From NCBI RefSeq assembly GCF_006345805.1, contig NW_021828950.1, forward strand, positions 1 through 7,376: a stretch of 7,376 nucleotides of DNA, given 5' to 3'. This stretch comes from Octopus sinensis. Its lineage: Eukaryota. This document shows, piece after piece, positions 1 to 7,376 of the stretch. Numbering within the stretch: the stretch's first letter is position 1; each line of letters starts with the position of its first letter. Position numbers and translations under genes: made by a program. The notes under the pieces are model-generated. The model saw nothing but the letters and a program-made list of their open reading frames with translations, was not told the origin of the DNA and made no database searches.

Positions 1-14
1 GCTTATCTATTATC

Positions 15-102
15 TATGTGTATAATTGTATGTACCTATATATATGTTGTGTGTGTGTGTGCGTGCTTGTATGCGTGTGCGTATGTATGCATATATATAT
101 AT

Positions 103-152
<50 letters not shown>

Positions 153-340
153 TATTGTATATATATATACATATATTTACATATATATCTATGTATTCAT
201 GTATATATAAATATGTAAATATGTGGGTATACATCTATATATATATATATATATATATGCGTATGTGTATGCGCTATATGTATGGGAGTCCTTGTTTGCT
301 TGTGCGCTTGAGTGTGAGTGTGTGTGTCTGTGTTTGTGTA

Positions 341-356
<16 letters not shown>
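15..356. repeat. Compound (TA)n/(TG)n/(TATG)n microsatellite region
   Basis: Directly visible alternating purine-pyrimidine runs, e.g. long (TA)n at ~91-160 and ~238-258 and TG-rich runs at ~47-70 and ~311-356. Confidence 0.95.
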
Positions 357-372
<16 letters not shown>

Positions 373-398
373 GGAGGGGGGAGGGGGGAGGGGGAGGG
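357..398 (+). repeat. Pure purine tract: (GA)n followed by (GnA) G-runs
   Basis: 42 consecutive purines: (GA)7, then GGGG-A-GGGGGG-A-GGGGGG-A-GGGGG-A-GGG (371-398). Confidence 0.95.
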
Positions 399-475
399 TG
401 AACGGCTGAAAACTAGAAACAAACATATTCGGTTTATTTTCTGAAAAGACTTAACAAACTAGCGTATATATGCAC

Positions 476-558
476 GTATGTATGTATGTATGTATGTATG
501 TATGTATGTATGTATGTATGAATGTATGTATGTATGTATGTATGTATGTATGTATGTA
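476..558 (+). repeat. (GTAT)n tetranucleotide microsatellite
   Basis: About 20 GTAT units with one GAAT interruption near 520. Confidence 0.97.
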
Positions 559-619
559 CGCATGTATGTGAATAGATATGTATATACACATACAGAGAAA
601 CATACACAAACGCATACAA

Positions 620-621
<2 letters not shown>

Positions 622-650
<29 letters not shown>
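622..650. repeat. (AT)n microsatellite
   Basis: Perfect AT run. Confidence 0.97.
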
Positions 651-758
651 CTGTTGGTAGCTTGACGCCCATGAATCAAAGGAACGCCATATTAATTCTT
701 CTTTGCGAGTTATTTACTGAGAGTGCTCTACAACTAATTAACTTCGTCGGGGTTATGT

Positions 759-784
759 CTATATCTATATCTATATCTATATCT
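759..784 (+). repeat. (CTATAT)n hexanucleotide microsatellite
   Basis: About 4 CTATAT units. Confidence 0.85.
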
Positions 785-1282
785 GTATGAATAAATGGTA
801 CATACATATGTGCGTAAATACGTACCTACGTATATGATATATACATAGATATCATTTAATGAACACGTTGTAAAGATACGAACTTGTGTCTTTATGTTGA
901 CTACATTAAATGATATTTAGCTCTCATTGGATGGATTACTTCATTTTTTCTGTTGACCTTGCATAGATATGAATATATCCATGTTCATGCAAATTTATAT
1001 ATAAGTATATATGCGCACAACACAAACACGCGCACACGCTCAATATATTCAACGAGAAATACATATGGATATATAAGTATCACTGACGAAGTATTAGGCT
1101 TCTGGTGTCTGTCCTATGTGTTCGTTTTGTAGTCTTTAATGCATTTTTCATTTATGGAATAACTGAACGCCACGCAGCCCGACTTTTGTGAACTGTAAGT
1201 ATATATACATACACAGATAGACACACACATACAAACAAACACATACACACGCACACACATATCGAGTGAAATGGGGAGAGAT

Positions 1283-1500
1283 ATGTTTCTTTATTAGCCA
1301 CACAGGGCTGAACACAGAGGGGACGAATTACAAAGTAGAGCTTTTCTTTTTGGAGATAAAAAACGATCAATAGGGATCGTGTATCACAGGAATGTCACGA
1401 AGTAAAGTGTAAAGGAGGAAACCGATAAGGTTTATCCGTGGAAAGAAAAGACTACGGAAAAGACCACGGTCACCTCGGTCAATAATGTCACATTATTTCA
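1283..1500 (-). mobile_element. Possible 3' UTR remnant of a non-LTR retrotransposon (L1/Tx1-like; unclassified)
   Basis: Complex-sequence island between simple repeats. The minus strand ends ...CAGCCCTGTGTGGCTAATAAAGAAACAT (AATAAA signal, then a short A-rich end). It resembles an interspersed octopus repeat as I recall it. No coding portion is present, so the class is unverified. Confidence 0.35.
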
Positions 1501-1549
1501 AGTAAGTAACTCTCTGTTTTAAATTTTTCGAGAAATACAAAGGTAGATT

Positions 1550-1737
<188 letters not shown>

Positions 1738-1788
1738 AGATAAAGAGATTGATGATTGATATGGATAAACATATATACACATTTGAAC

Positions 1789-1789
<1 letters not shown>

Positions 1790-1839
<50 letters not shown>

Positions 1840-2102
1840 TATATGCATATATATGTATATATACATATACATATACATATGCATACACACATATACGTAT
1901 CCTTGAAAATGAATGCGTGGCGTTCAACTATATAATAATATAATAATATAATATATGTGTTATATATATATATATATATATACATATAGGATGCGCATAT
2001 ACATATATACATACATACACAAATGCATACATACATACATACATACATACATACATACACACATACATAGGTACGTACGTACGTCTGTACTTCGGTATGT
2101 AT
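1790..2102. repeat. Compound (TA)n/(TACA)n/(TAA)n microsatellite region
   Basis: (TA)n ~1793-1843, TACA-like ~1855-1895, (TAA)n ~1932-1952, (TA)n ~1961-1981, (CATA)n ~2005-2069, (GTAC)3 2071-2082. Confidence 0.93.
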
Positions 2103-2520
2103 ATATGCAGTTATCTCCAACATCGTGATAACAAAAAGAAAGAAAAAAAGAGAATTGATAGCGCCTAGATTTAGAAAGACCGGAAAGAGCATAAAAAAAC
2201 CTCCTAAAGTGCGACCTGGATTCTAAAAGACAAGCTGCCTCCACCTATACATACGTACACATCAGTGAGATAGACCTGCTTACACCAAGCCTTTGTTGTT
2301 TAACGAATGAACAATGAGACTATAAAATTAGCAACAAAAATACACGCCATTTTAACGTTAATTTTGAAGGTGAAATTACATAAGACTGTCCTTCATAACT
2401 CGAAATCTGAAAATATAAGATGAGCTGGTCTCGGTCGGCACGACTTTGATGATAAATCTAGTATCAGTTGGCCTGCGGGTGGAAAAAAAACAGCAGTAGC
2501 CAGACACGGCATTCAATTGG

Positions 2521-2712
2521 GTATGGCTGTGGGGTTAAGAAATTCGTTTTGTATCCATGTGTTTTTCGGTTCGATCCCACTGCACGCCACCTTAGCCATG
2601 TATTTTTCTATGCCGTGTGAGTATTTTCTTTTGGTAGACGGAAACTGTGTGGAAGCTTCTTGTGTACATGTGTACACACACACACATACACATAAACATA
2701 CACACACATATT
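2521..2712 (+). mobile_element. SINE family A, decayed 5' half (tRNA-like head plus internal microsatellite)
   Basis: TGGCTGTGGGGTTAAG (A-box-like), GGTTCGATCCC (B-box), CCCACTGCACGCCACCTT and TGGTAGACGGAAACTG all align by eye to the heads of the copies at 5474-5840 and 6291-6706. It ends in a CA-rich tract. Confidence 0.8.
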
Positions 2713-2715
2713 TGT

Positions 2716-2793
2716 TATCTTTTACTTGTTTCAGTCATTTGACTGCGGCCATGCTGGGGCCACCGCTTTGGAGTATCTTTAGTCGAATGAATC
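2716..2793 (-). mobile_element. SINE family A, 3' tail fragment
   Basis: TTTTACTTGTTTCAGTCATTTGACTGCGGCCATGCTGG is nearly identical to the start of the copy at 6291-6706. Confidence 0.9.
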
Positions 2794-2794
2794 A

Positions 2795-2866
2795 TTTTTC
2801 TACGGCATCAACTCGTCTCATGGCCTCTGAGTGAAATTAGGTGGACGGACACTATGTGGACGCCCC
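2795..2866 (+). mobile_element. SINE family A, short decayed internal fragment
   Basis: GTGAAATTAGGTGGACGGACACTATGTGGACGCCC resembles GGTAGACGGAAACTGTGTGGAAGC (~2635-2657) and the GTGAGTGGATTTGGTA segment of the 6291-6706 copy. Confidence 0.55.
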
Positions 2867-2940
2867 AAATAATGGACTGAAACTCTAATTCAAAACGTTC
2901 AGCCTTGTCACACTAATTCGACACGAAATATGTATTAAGG

Positions 2941-3345
2941 TACATCTACCATACTCTTTAAGGTACATCTACAATGCCCGGAACGTCTTGCGTCTCAGGC
3001 CATGGACACACTAAAGCTCAGACGTCTAGCAACTGAATCGTTAGACACGCACAAGATTATCCGCCCTATTTCCAACAATAACCTTGGGCACCATTTTGAA
3101 TTCCATGTCAAACACTCGTTGACATGCTTACAAAATGAAAAAAAAAAGACAACACAGCGTTCATGTCTCCCGGAAACATTTTTTCCACGCTCGGAATTGC
3201 TGAAGCATGGAATAACCTACCTGCATCAGTTGTTAACTGTCGAGACACTACACCCTTTAAAAGTTCCATGTTTCCTGAAATATGCCAACATTACACCTGA
3301 TGCAATCCTTTGTAGTGCACCCGAGCACTGTGTACAAGTTCATTA
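2941..3345 (+). mobile_element. 5'-truncated, frameshifted 3' end of a CR1-clade LINE (ORF2 C-terminus plus short 3' UTR)
   Basis: Joining three frames gives HLPYS..ERLASQAMDTLKLRRLATESLDTHKII...FEFHV / SNTR*HAYKMKKKRQHSVHVSRKHFF / TLGIAEAWNNLPASVVNCRDTTPFKSSMFPEICQHYT* (stop ends 3300). This matches the CR1/L2 ORF2 C-terminal pattern (L..RR...D....KI...TRGH..K....R..FF..R....WN.LP..VV....FK). There is one in-frame stop and two frameshifts. A small stem-loop AGTGC-acccga-GCACT (3314-3329) lies near the 3' end. Confidence 0.85.
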
Positions 3346-3470
3346 ATTTATAGATAGATTTGTCTGTGGAATACCCGGCCACTTATATGCTAATTTAAAG
3401 AGCTTGGTTGTTTACTTGATTCAACATCTGAACACTTATGATCAGGAATTCTGACTGAAATCCATTATGT

Positions 3471-3956
3471 TTGATTTGTTTCATTCACTGGAATGCGGCC
3501 ATGCTGGGGCACCGATTTTAAGGGTTTAGTAGAATAACTTGATCCGATCGAATGAATCGACCCCAGTTCTTGTTTATTTTTTTAAAGCCTGGTACTTATT
3601 TTATCGGTTTCTTTGCTGAACCGCTAATGTAACAGGGACGTAAACAAACTAGCACCGGTTGTCAAGCGGTGGTGGGAGACAAACACAGATACAAAGACAC
3701 ACACACACATATATACATACACTCGCATACAAATTCATGCACATACACATACGCACACTCACACACACACACACACACGTGTATGTGTGTGTGTGCGTGT
3801 GGCAGGTTTCTTTCAGTTTCCGTCTACGAAATACACTCGCAAAGATTTGATCGGCCAGAGATTAGGGTAGAAGATACTTGGCCAAGGTGCAGTATAGTGA
3901 GACTGAACCCGAAAACATGTGGTTGGGAAGCGAGCTTCTTACCACACAGCTACACC
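3471..3956 (-). mobile_element. SINE family A, near full-length diverged copy
   Basis: Colinear with 6291-6706: tail GCGGCCATGCTGG, then AATCGACCCCAG, GGTTGTCAAGCG, an internal CA/TG tract (~3680-3800), TTCTTTCAGTTTCCGTCTAC, and head GACTGAACCC...CTTACCACACAGC. Confidence 0.92.
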
Positions 3957-4344
3957 ATTTCTTCTCTCTCTCTCTTTTTCTTTTTGCAACAGAATATATA
4001 GGACTACACTATTTAATGTGTTCCACCTCTCGTTTTTTAAAGAATTCCAATGAATAGTAAGAGATATTTTGTTGTTGCTTCTAGCATGTCGAGAGTGCTT
4101 GTAGAGACATCTTTGTTGTCTCTCTTCGATGTTCACCATAGTCGTCTCACGCACCACCAGTCTTACGTCTGTTCTCGTTGCTTGGATTTCTCTTGTAGCT
4201 GCTCAAAACTTCGCTCTGGGAAAGCTGCTCTTCTAGTGATTACGAATACATTTGCTACATGTGCAGTCAACGAAGGAGAATAACAATCTTCCTCGTTGCT
4301 TTCAGACATAACGAGGAACATAAATAACAAGCTTTACAAACTGC

Positions 4345-4345
<1 letters not shown>

Positions 4346-4410
<65 letters not shown>
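4346..4410 (+). repeat. (TCTG)n(TC)n compound microsatellite
   Basis: Directly visible. Confidence 0.97.
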
Positions 4411-4642
4411 ATTAGTTTCCTGCAGTTCTCTTTTTCTTGGTCTGTATAGTCGTTATACGTCAGACTAATGGTTTGCGCGGAGCTTTTGTTTTCAAAGAAT
4501 TCTGGTGTTCCGGTCTGAAAATTCTAAGTCTTCTACGGTTTATTCCAGCATCACATAAATATGTTACGGTTGGCACCGTTAAAGAATTAACGACAAAAAT
4601 GACATGGCATTTCCTTCGTTTTCACCTTTTATCTATCGTCTT

Positions 4643-5032
4643 TTATCTTGTGCATGTTTCAATCATTGGACAACATCCATGCTGAGCTACCGTTTTGAAG
4701 GATTAGTCGCAACAAATAGACCCCAGTACCTATATATTTAAAAGCCTGTTACTTATTCTATTGGTCTCTTGGTCGAACTGCTAAGTTACGTGGATATAAA
4801 CAAACTAACACCAGTATAAAAGAGTAGTACGAAGCAAAAGGCAAACACAAAGACACACAACTGATACACATACGACGGGCTTCTTTCAGTTTCCGTCTAC
4901 CGAATCCACTCCACGGACAAAGCTTTAGTTGACCTGAGACTACAGTAGAAGATATTTTCCCAAGTTGCCACGCAGTGGGACTGAACCCGACATCAAGTGG
5001 TTGGAAAGGAAGCTTCTTACCATATAGCCATG
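4643..5032 (-). mobile_element. SINE family A, near full-length diverged copy
   Basis: Colinear blocks CCATGCTG, GACCCCAGTAC, ACTTATTCTATTGGTCTCTT, CTAAGTTACG, TACGACGGGCTTCTTTCAGTTTCCGTCTAC, GCCACGCAGTGGGACTGAACCC (B-box-like GGGTTCAGTCCC on the minus strand at 4977-4988) and CTTACCATATAGCCA. Confidence 0.92.
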
Positions 5033-5095
5033 TCAGACAGGAATATATTTAACTCTACAGAAATAGTTCATTTTTACATTTTCTCACTGGTACAG

Positions 5096-5100
<5 letters not shown>

Positions 5101-5166
<66 letters not shown>

Positions 5167-5197
5167 ACACAGATACACACACACATACACATACACG
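5101..5197 (+). repeat. (AC)n microsatellite
   Basis: About 29 perfect AC units (5101-5158) plus a degenerate extension. Confidence 0.98.
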
Positions 5198-5473
5198 CGT
5201 GGAGTTTTACTTTGATCTCTGCGGAAATTAGAATTATTATGTTTCTATAAAACATTATTGAGTACCAAATCCTTTGTCAGACTTCACAGATTCTTCTTCT
5301 CTTTTCCCTCTTACCATTTTCACCTTTTATCTTTGGAAATCTTCCCAATTCCAAAGACGTTTTAATGTCTGTGCGAAATTATTTCGCAGTATCGAGACAA
5401 AAAATTTCCAAACTAAGGTCTATGTGCAGAAAATCGCTTCCTGCCGTCCATCAGGAGAATTCTAGAATATAAA

Positions 5474-5840
5474 CTGCGTGGTAAGAAATTTGCTGCCCAA
5501 CCATATGGTTTCGGTTTCAGTCCCACTGCGTGGCACCTTTGGCTACTGTCTTCTACAATTACCTCGGACTGACAAAAGCTTTGTGAAGGGATTTGGTAGA
5601 CGTAAAGGGACATACATCGGTGGTGTGTGTGTGTGTGTGTGTGTGTGTTTTCCCCTCACCACCACTTGACCAACGTTGTAGGTTTGTTTACATGCTCGTT
5701 ACCTAGCGGTTGGGCAAACCGGATCGATAAAATAGATGCCAAACTTAGCAATAAGTACAGGGGGTCGATTTGTTCTACTAAACCCGTCAAGGATGTGTTC
5801 CAGCATGGCCGCATTCCAATGACTGAACAAGTAAAATAAA
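5474..5840 (+). mobile_element. SINE family A, near full-length copy
   Basis: GTGGTAAG...CCCAACCATATGGTTTCGGTTTCAGTCCCACTGCGTGGCACCTT...GGATTTGGTAGACG, (TG)n at ~5622-5648, GGGGTCGATTTG, and tail CCAGCATGGCCGCATTCCAATGACTGAACAAGTAAAATAAA. It is the reverse complement of the minus-strand copies. Confidence 0.92.
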
Positions 5841-5856
5841 CCAGGTTATTATTAAA

Positions 5857-5968
5857 GCGACGAGTTGGCAGAATCGTTAGCATTCCGAATAAAATGCCAA
5901 GCGACATTTCGTCCGTCTTTACGTTCAAGAGTTCAAATTCCGCCATGATCGATTTTGCCTTTCATTCT
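5857..5968 (+). mobile_element. SINE family B, 5' fragment (tRNA-derived head, truncated at the start of a CORE-like segment)
   Basis: A-box TGGCAGAATCG (5866-5876) and B-box GTTCAAATTC (5931-5940), followed by GATCGATTTTGCCTTTCAT. It is unrelated to the family A head. Resemblance to octopus CORE-type SINEs is from recall. Confidence 0.75.
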
Positions 5969-6011
5969 ATCTTCCTCGCCCTCAGCTACCTCCCCCTCTT
6001 CGTCCCACTTC

Positions 6012-6030
6012 ATCAACATCATCATCATCA
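6012..6030 (+). repeat. Short (CAT)n microsatellite
   Basis: CATCAACATCATCATCATC. Confidence 0.8.
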
Positions 6031-6290
6031 ATATTTTCATATTAAACAGGAAACATCTCGTACAGTCCTTCCATCGTTCCGTCATTCTTAGATAGTCTGG
6101 AACTCCTGACCCCTTTTGCACTTCTTGATGTCAAATCCCCTTCACTAGACATCAAAAAGAATGTTATCTGAACTATTAACTAGCATGAAGGAGACTGTGT
6201 GGTCGGTAGGTGCGTTAGAAATAGCATTCAAATGCAAAGCCCTTTTGCCAGCATTTTCGGCTCCCGGACAAGTCGATGCACTGAGAACTG

Positions 6291-6706
6291 TTCTTTTACT
6301 TGTTTCAGTCATTTGACTGTGGCCATGCTGGAGCACCGCTTCTAGTCGAGCAAATCGACCCCAGGACTTATTCTTTGTAAGCCTAGTATTTATTCTATCG
6401 GTTTCTTTTGCCGAATCGCTAAGTTACGGGGACATAAACCCACCAGTATCGGTTGTCAAGCGATATGGGGGGACAAACACAAACACACAAACACACACAT
6501 ACAGACACGCACACCACACACACACACACATATATACATATATACGACAGGTTTCTTTCAGTTACCGTGTACCAAATCCACTCACAAGGCTTTGGTCGGC
6601 CCGAGGCTATAGTAGAAACACTTGCCCAAGGTGCCACGCACTGGGACTGAAACCGGAACCATGTGGTTGATAAGCAAGCTGTTTACCACACAGCCACTCC
6701 TACGCC
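6291..6706 (-). mobile_element. SINE family A, full-length, least decayed copy
   Basis: The minus strand starts GGCGTAGGAGTGGCTGTGTGGTAA (A-box-like, 6686-6696), with B-box-like GGTTTCAGTCCC (6643-6654), CCTTGGGCAAGTG, an internal microsatellite (~6474-6545), and tail CCAGCATGGCCACAGTCAAATGACTGAAACAAGTAAAAGAA. No clear target-site duplication. Confidence 0.95.
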
Positions 6707-7040
6707 TATTAATAACTATTTATTGAAAGCAAGTCAAAATAAATAGATTGGAATTGGGCCCATAGACCCCGTATGGACCTTGGTCAACTGCCCTCTATGT
6801 CCATGCCTTAAGACGGCACACATTTTCCAAATCACGCCATACAGACTTAGAAACAGTGAATATTTGAAACTGTGTCCATTCCGCCACTTTTGCGGATTAT
6901 CTGACGCGCCATCTTCTAAGACTCCATGGTTTTGAAAACAATCCACAGCTATTTCTAGCATGTCTAGCAACTACATAGAGAGCTCAATGTTTGTGAGTAA
7001 TTCAGATAACTTTGAGTCTTTAATCATTCAGATTTCTGTA

Positions 7041-7340
7041 TTAAACATATTGCTTATCCATGCATATCTCGTACTTTCGAGATTTCGATGATGTGATTGT
7101 TTAGTTTCAGAATGACATTGTAGGATAGATGTGAGAGGTCAGATCTGATTGCTTTGAACATAAAACAGGTAGAATATTTGGGCCGGTATACCTAGTTTAA
7201 ACACTATGAAATGATGAATTAATATCTCGTAGTATCGAGATTTCGATGAATGATGTTTTAGAATGGCATTGTAGGGCAGATATGGTTGATTTGAATATAA
7301 AGCAGGTAAAATATGTAGGTTAGATATGGCTTGCTTAAAT
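7041..7340. repeat. Degenerate ~157-bp tandem duplication (two units)
   Basis: Anchors recur in order: TTAAACA (7041/7197), ATATCTCGTAnTnTCGAGATTTCGATGA (7064/7222), AGAATGrCATTGTAGG, TTTGAAyATAAArCAGGTArAATAT. Confidence 0.9.
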
Positions 7341-7376
7341 GCCAAAATGGTAAAGAAAATAGAAACGGTGGTGCGG

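Noticed and set aside
1132-1194. AG...GTAAGT-bounded mini-exon candidate
   Set aside because: All three frames contain stop codons. A UTR or lncRNA exon cannot be supported from sequence alone.
3002-3346. 114-aa ORF as an intact gene
   Set aside because: Only the first ~36 residues are in the LINE ORF2 frame. The rest is out-of-frame read-through of a frameshifted retroelement.
4302-4514. Possible minus-strand exon after ATTTTCAG (TGTPEFFENKSSAQ...)
   Set aside because: No donor site, the frame runs into a (GA)n microsatellite and stops, and the peptide is not recognisable.
4426-4685. Possible + strand exon or ORF after TTTCCTGCAG (ORF 4437-4685)
   Set aside because: The pyrimidine tract is a microsatellite, there is no good GT donor, the end overlaps a SINE tail, and no protein family is recognised.
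5372-5388. Palindrome TGCGAAAT-T-ATTTCGCA
   Set aside because: A single 8-bp-arm palindrome with no context, plausible by chance.
6121-6159. 12-bp inverted repeat (one G-U pair on the minus strand) with a 15-nt loop
   Set aside because: Isolated, too short for a pre-miRNA, with no snoRNA boxes or other support.
2513-6650. ORFs overlapping SINE copies (e.g. 2517-2834, 3669-4001, 5413-5613, 5627-5839, 6419-6637, 6453-6650)
   Set aside because: They lie in non-coding SINE sequence, and the frames are not preserved between copies.
6643-6706. tRNA gene calls for SINE heads
   Set aside because: A- and B-box-like motifs are present, but I see no cloverleaf, and each head runs into SINE body sequence.
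6734-6970. 78-aa minus-strand ORF (MLDMLEIAVDCF...)
   Set aside because: It starts at TTG, has no recognisable domain, and has no convincing splice donor. The LDMLE match with ~4080-4092 is a short chance similarity.
7085-7250. C/D box snoRNA (TGATG/ATGATGA motifs, CTGA at ~7145)
   Set aside because: The canonical C box (7211-7217) has no downstream D box. The CTGA pairs only with a non-canonical C box and is absent from the duplicated unit.
7041-7340. CRISPR-like array reading of the repeated hairpin 28-mer
   Set aside because: There are only two copies, the intervening sequences are homologous rather than unique spacers, the context is eukaryotic, and no cas genes are present.

Overview
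This is non-coding, repeat-dominated animal DNA, most likely an intron or intergenic stretch of an octopus (coleoid cephalopod) genome. The organism call comes from my recall of octopus SINE sequences, not from a database search. I found no supportable intact protein-coding gene, tRNA, rRNA or CRISPR array. Bases 1-2100 are mostly simple repeats: (TA)n, (TG)n, (TATG)n, (GATA)n, (TACA)n and a G-rich purine tract. They also hold a possible LINE 3' UTR remnant. Bases 2500-6710 are dense in retroposons: four near-full-length copies and three fragments of one tRNA-derived SINE family with an internal microsatellite, one 5' fragment of a second tRNA-derived SINE, and a frameshifted 3' fragment of a CR1-clade LINE ORF2. 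The window ends in a degenerate ~157-bp tandem duplication. The supplied ORFs are microsatellite or SINE artefacts, except 3002-3346, whose N-terminal part is LINE-derived. I see no convincing novel system. The best leads are modest: inverted SINE pairs as possible dsRNA/ADAR substrates, SINE-borne microsatellites, a SINE 3' hairpin with a compensatory change, and the terminal duplication with a conserved stem.
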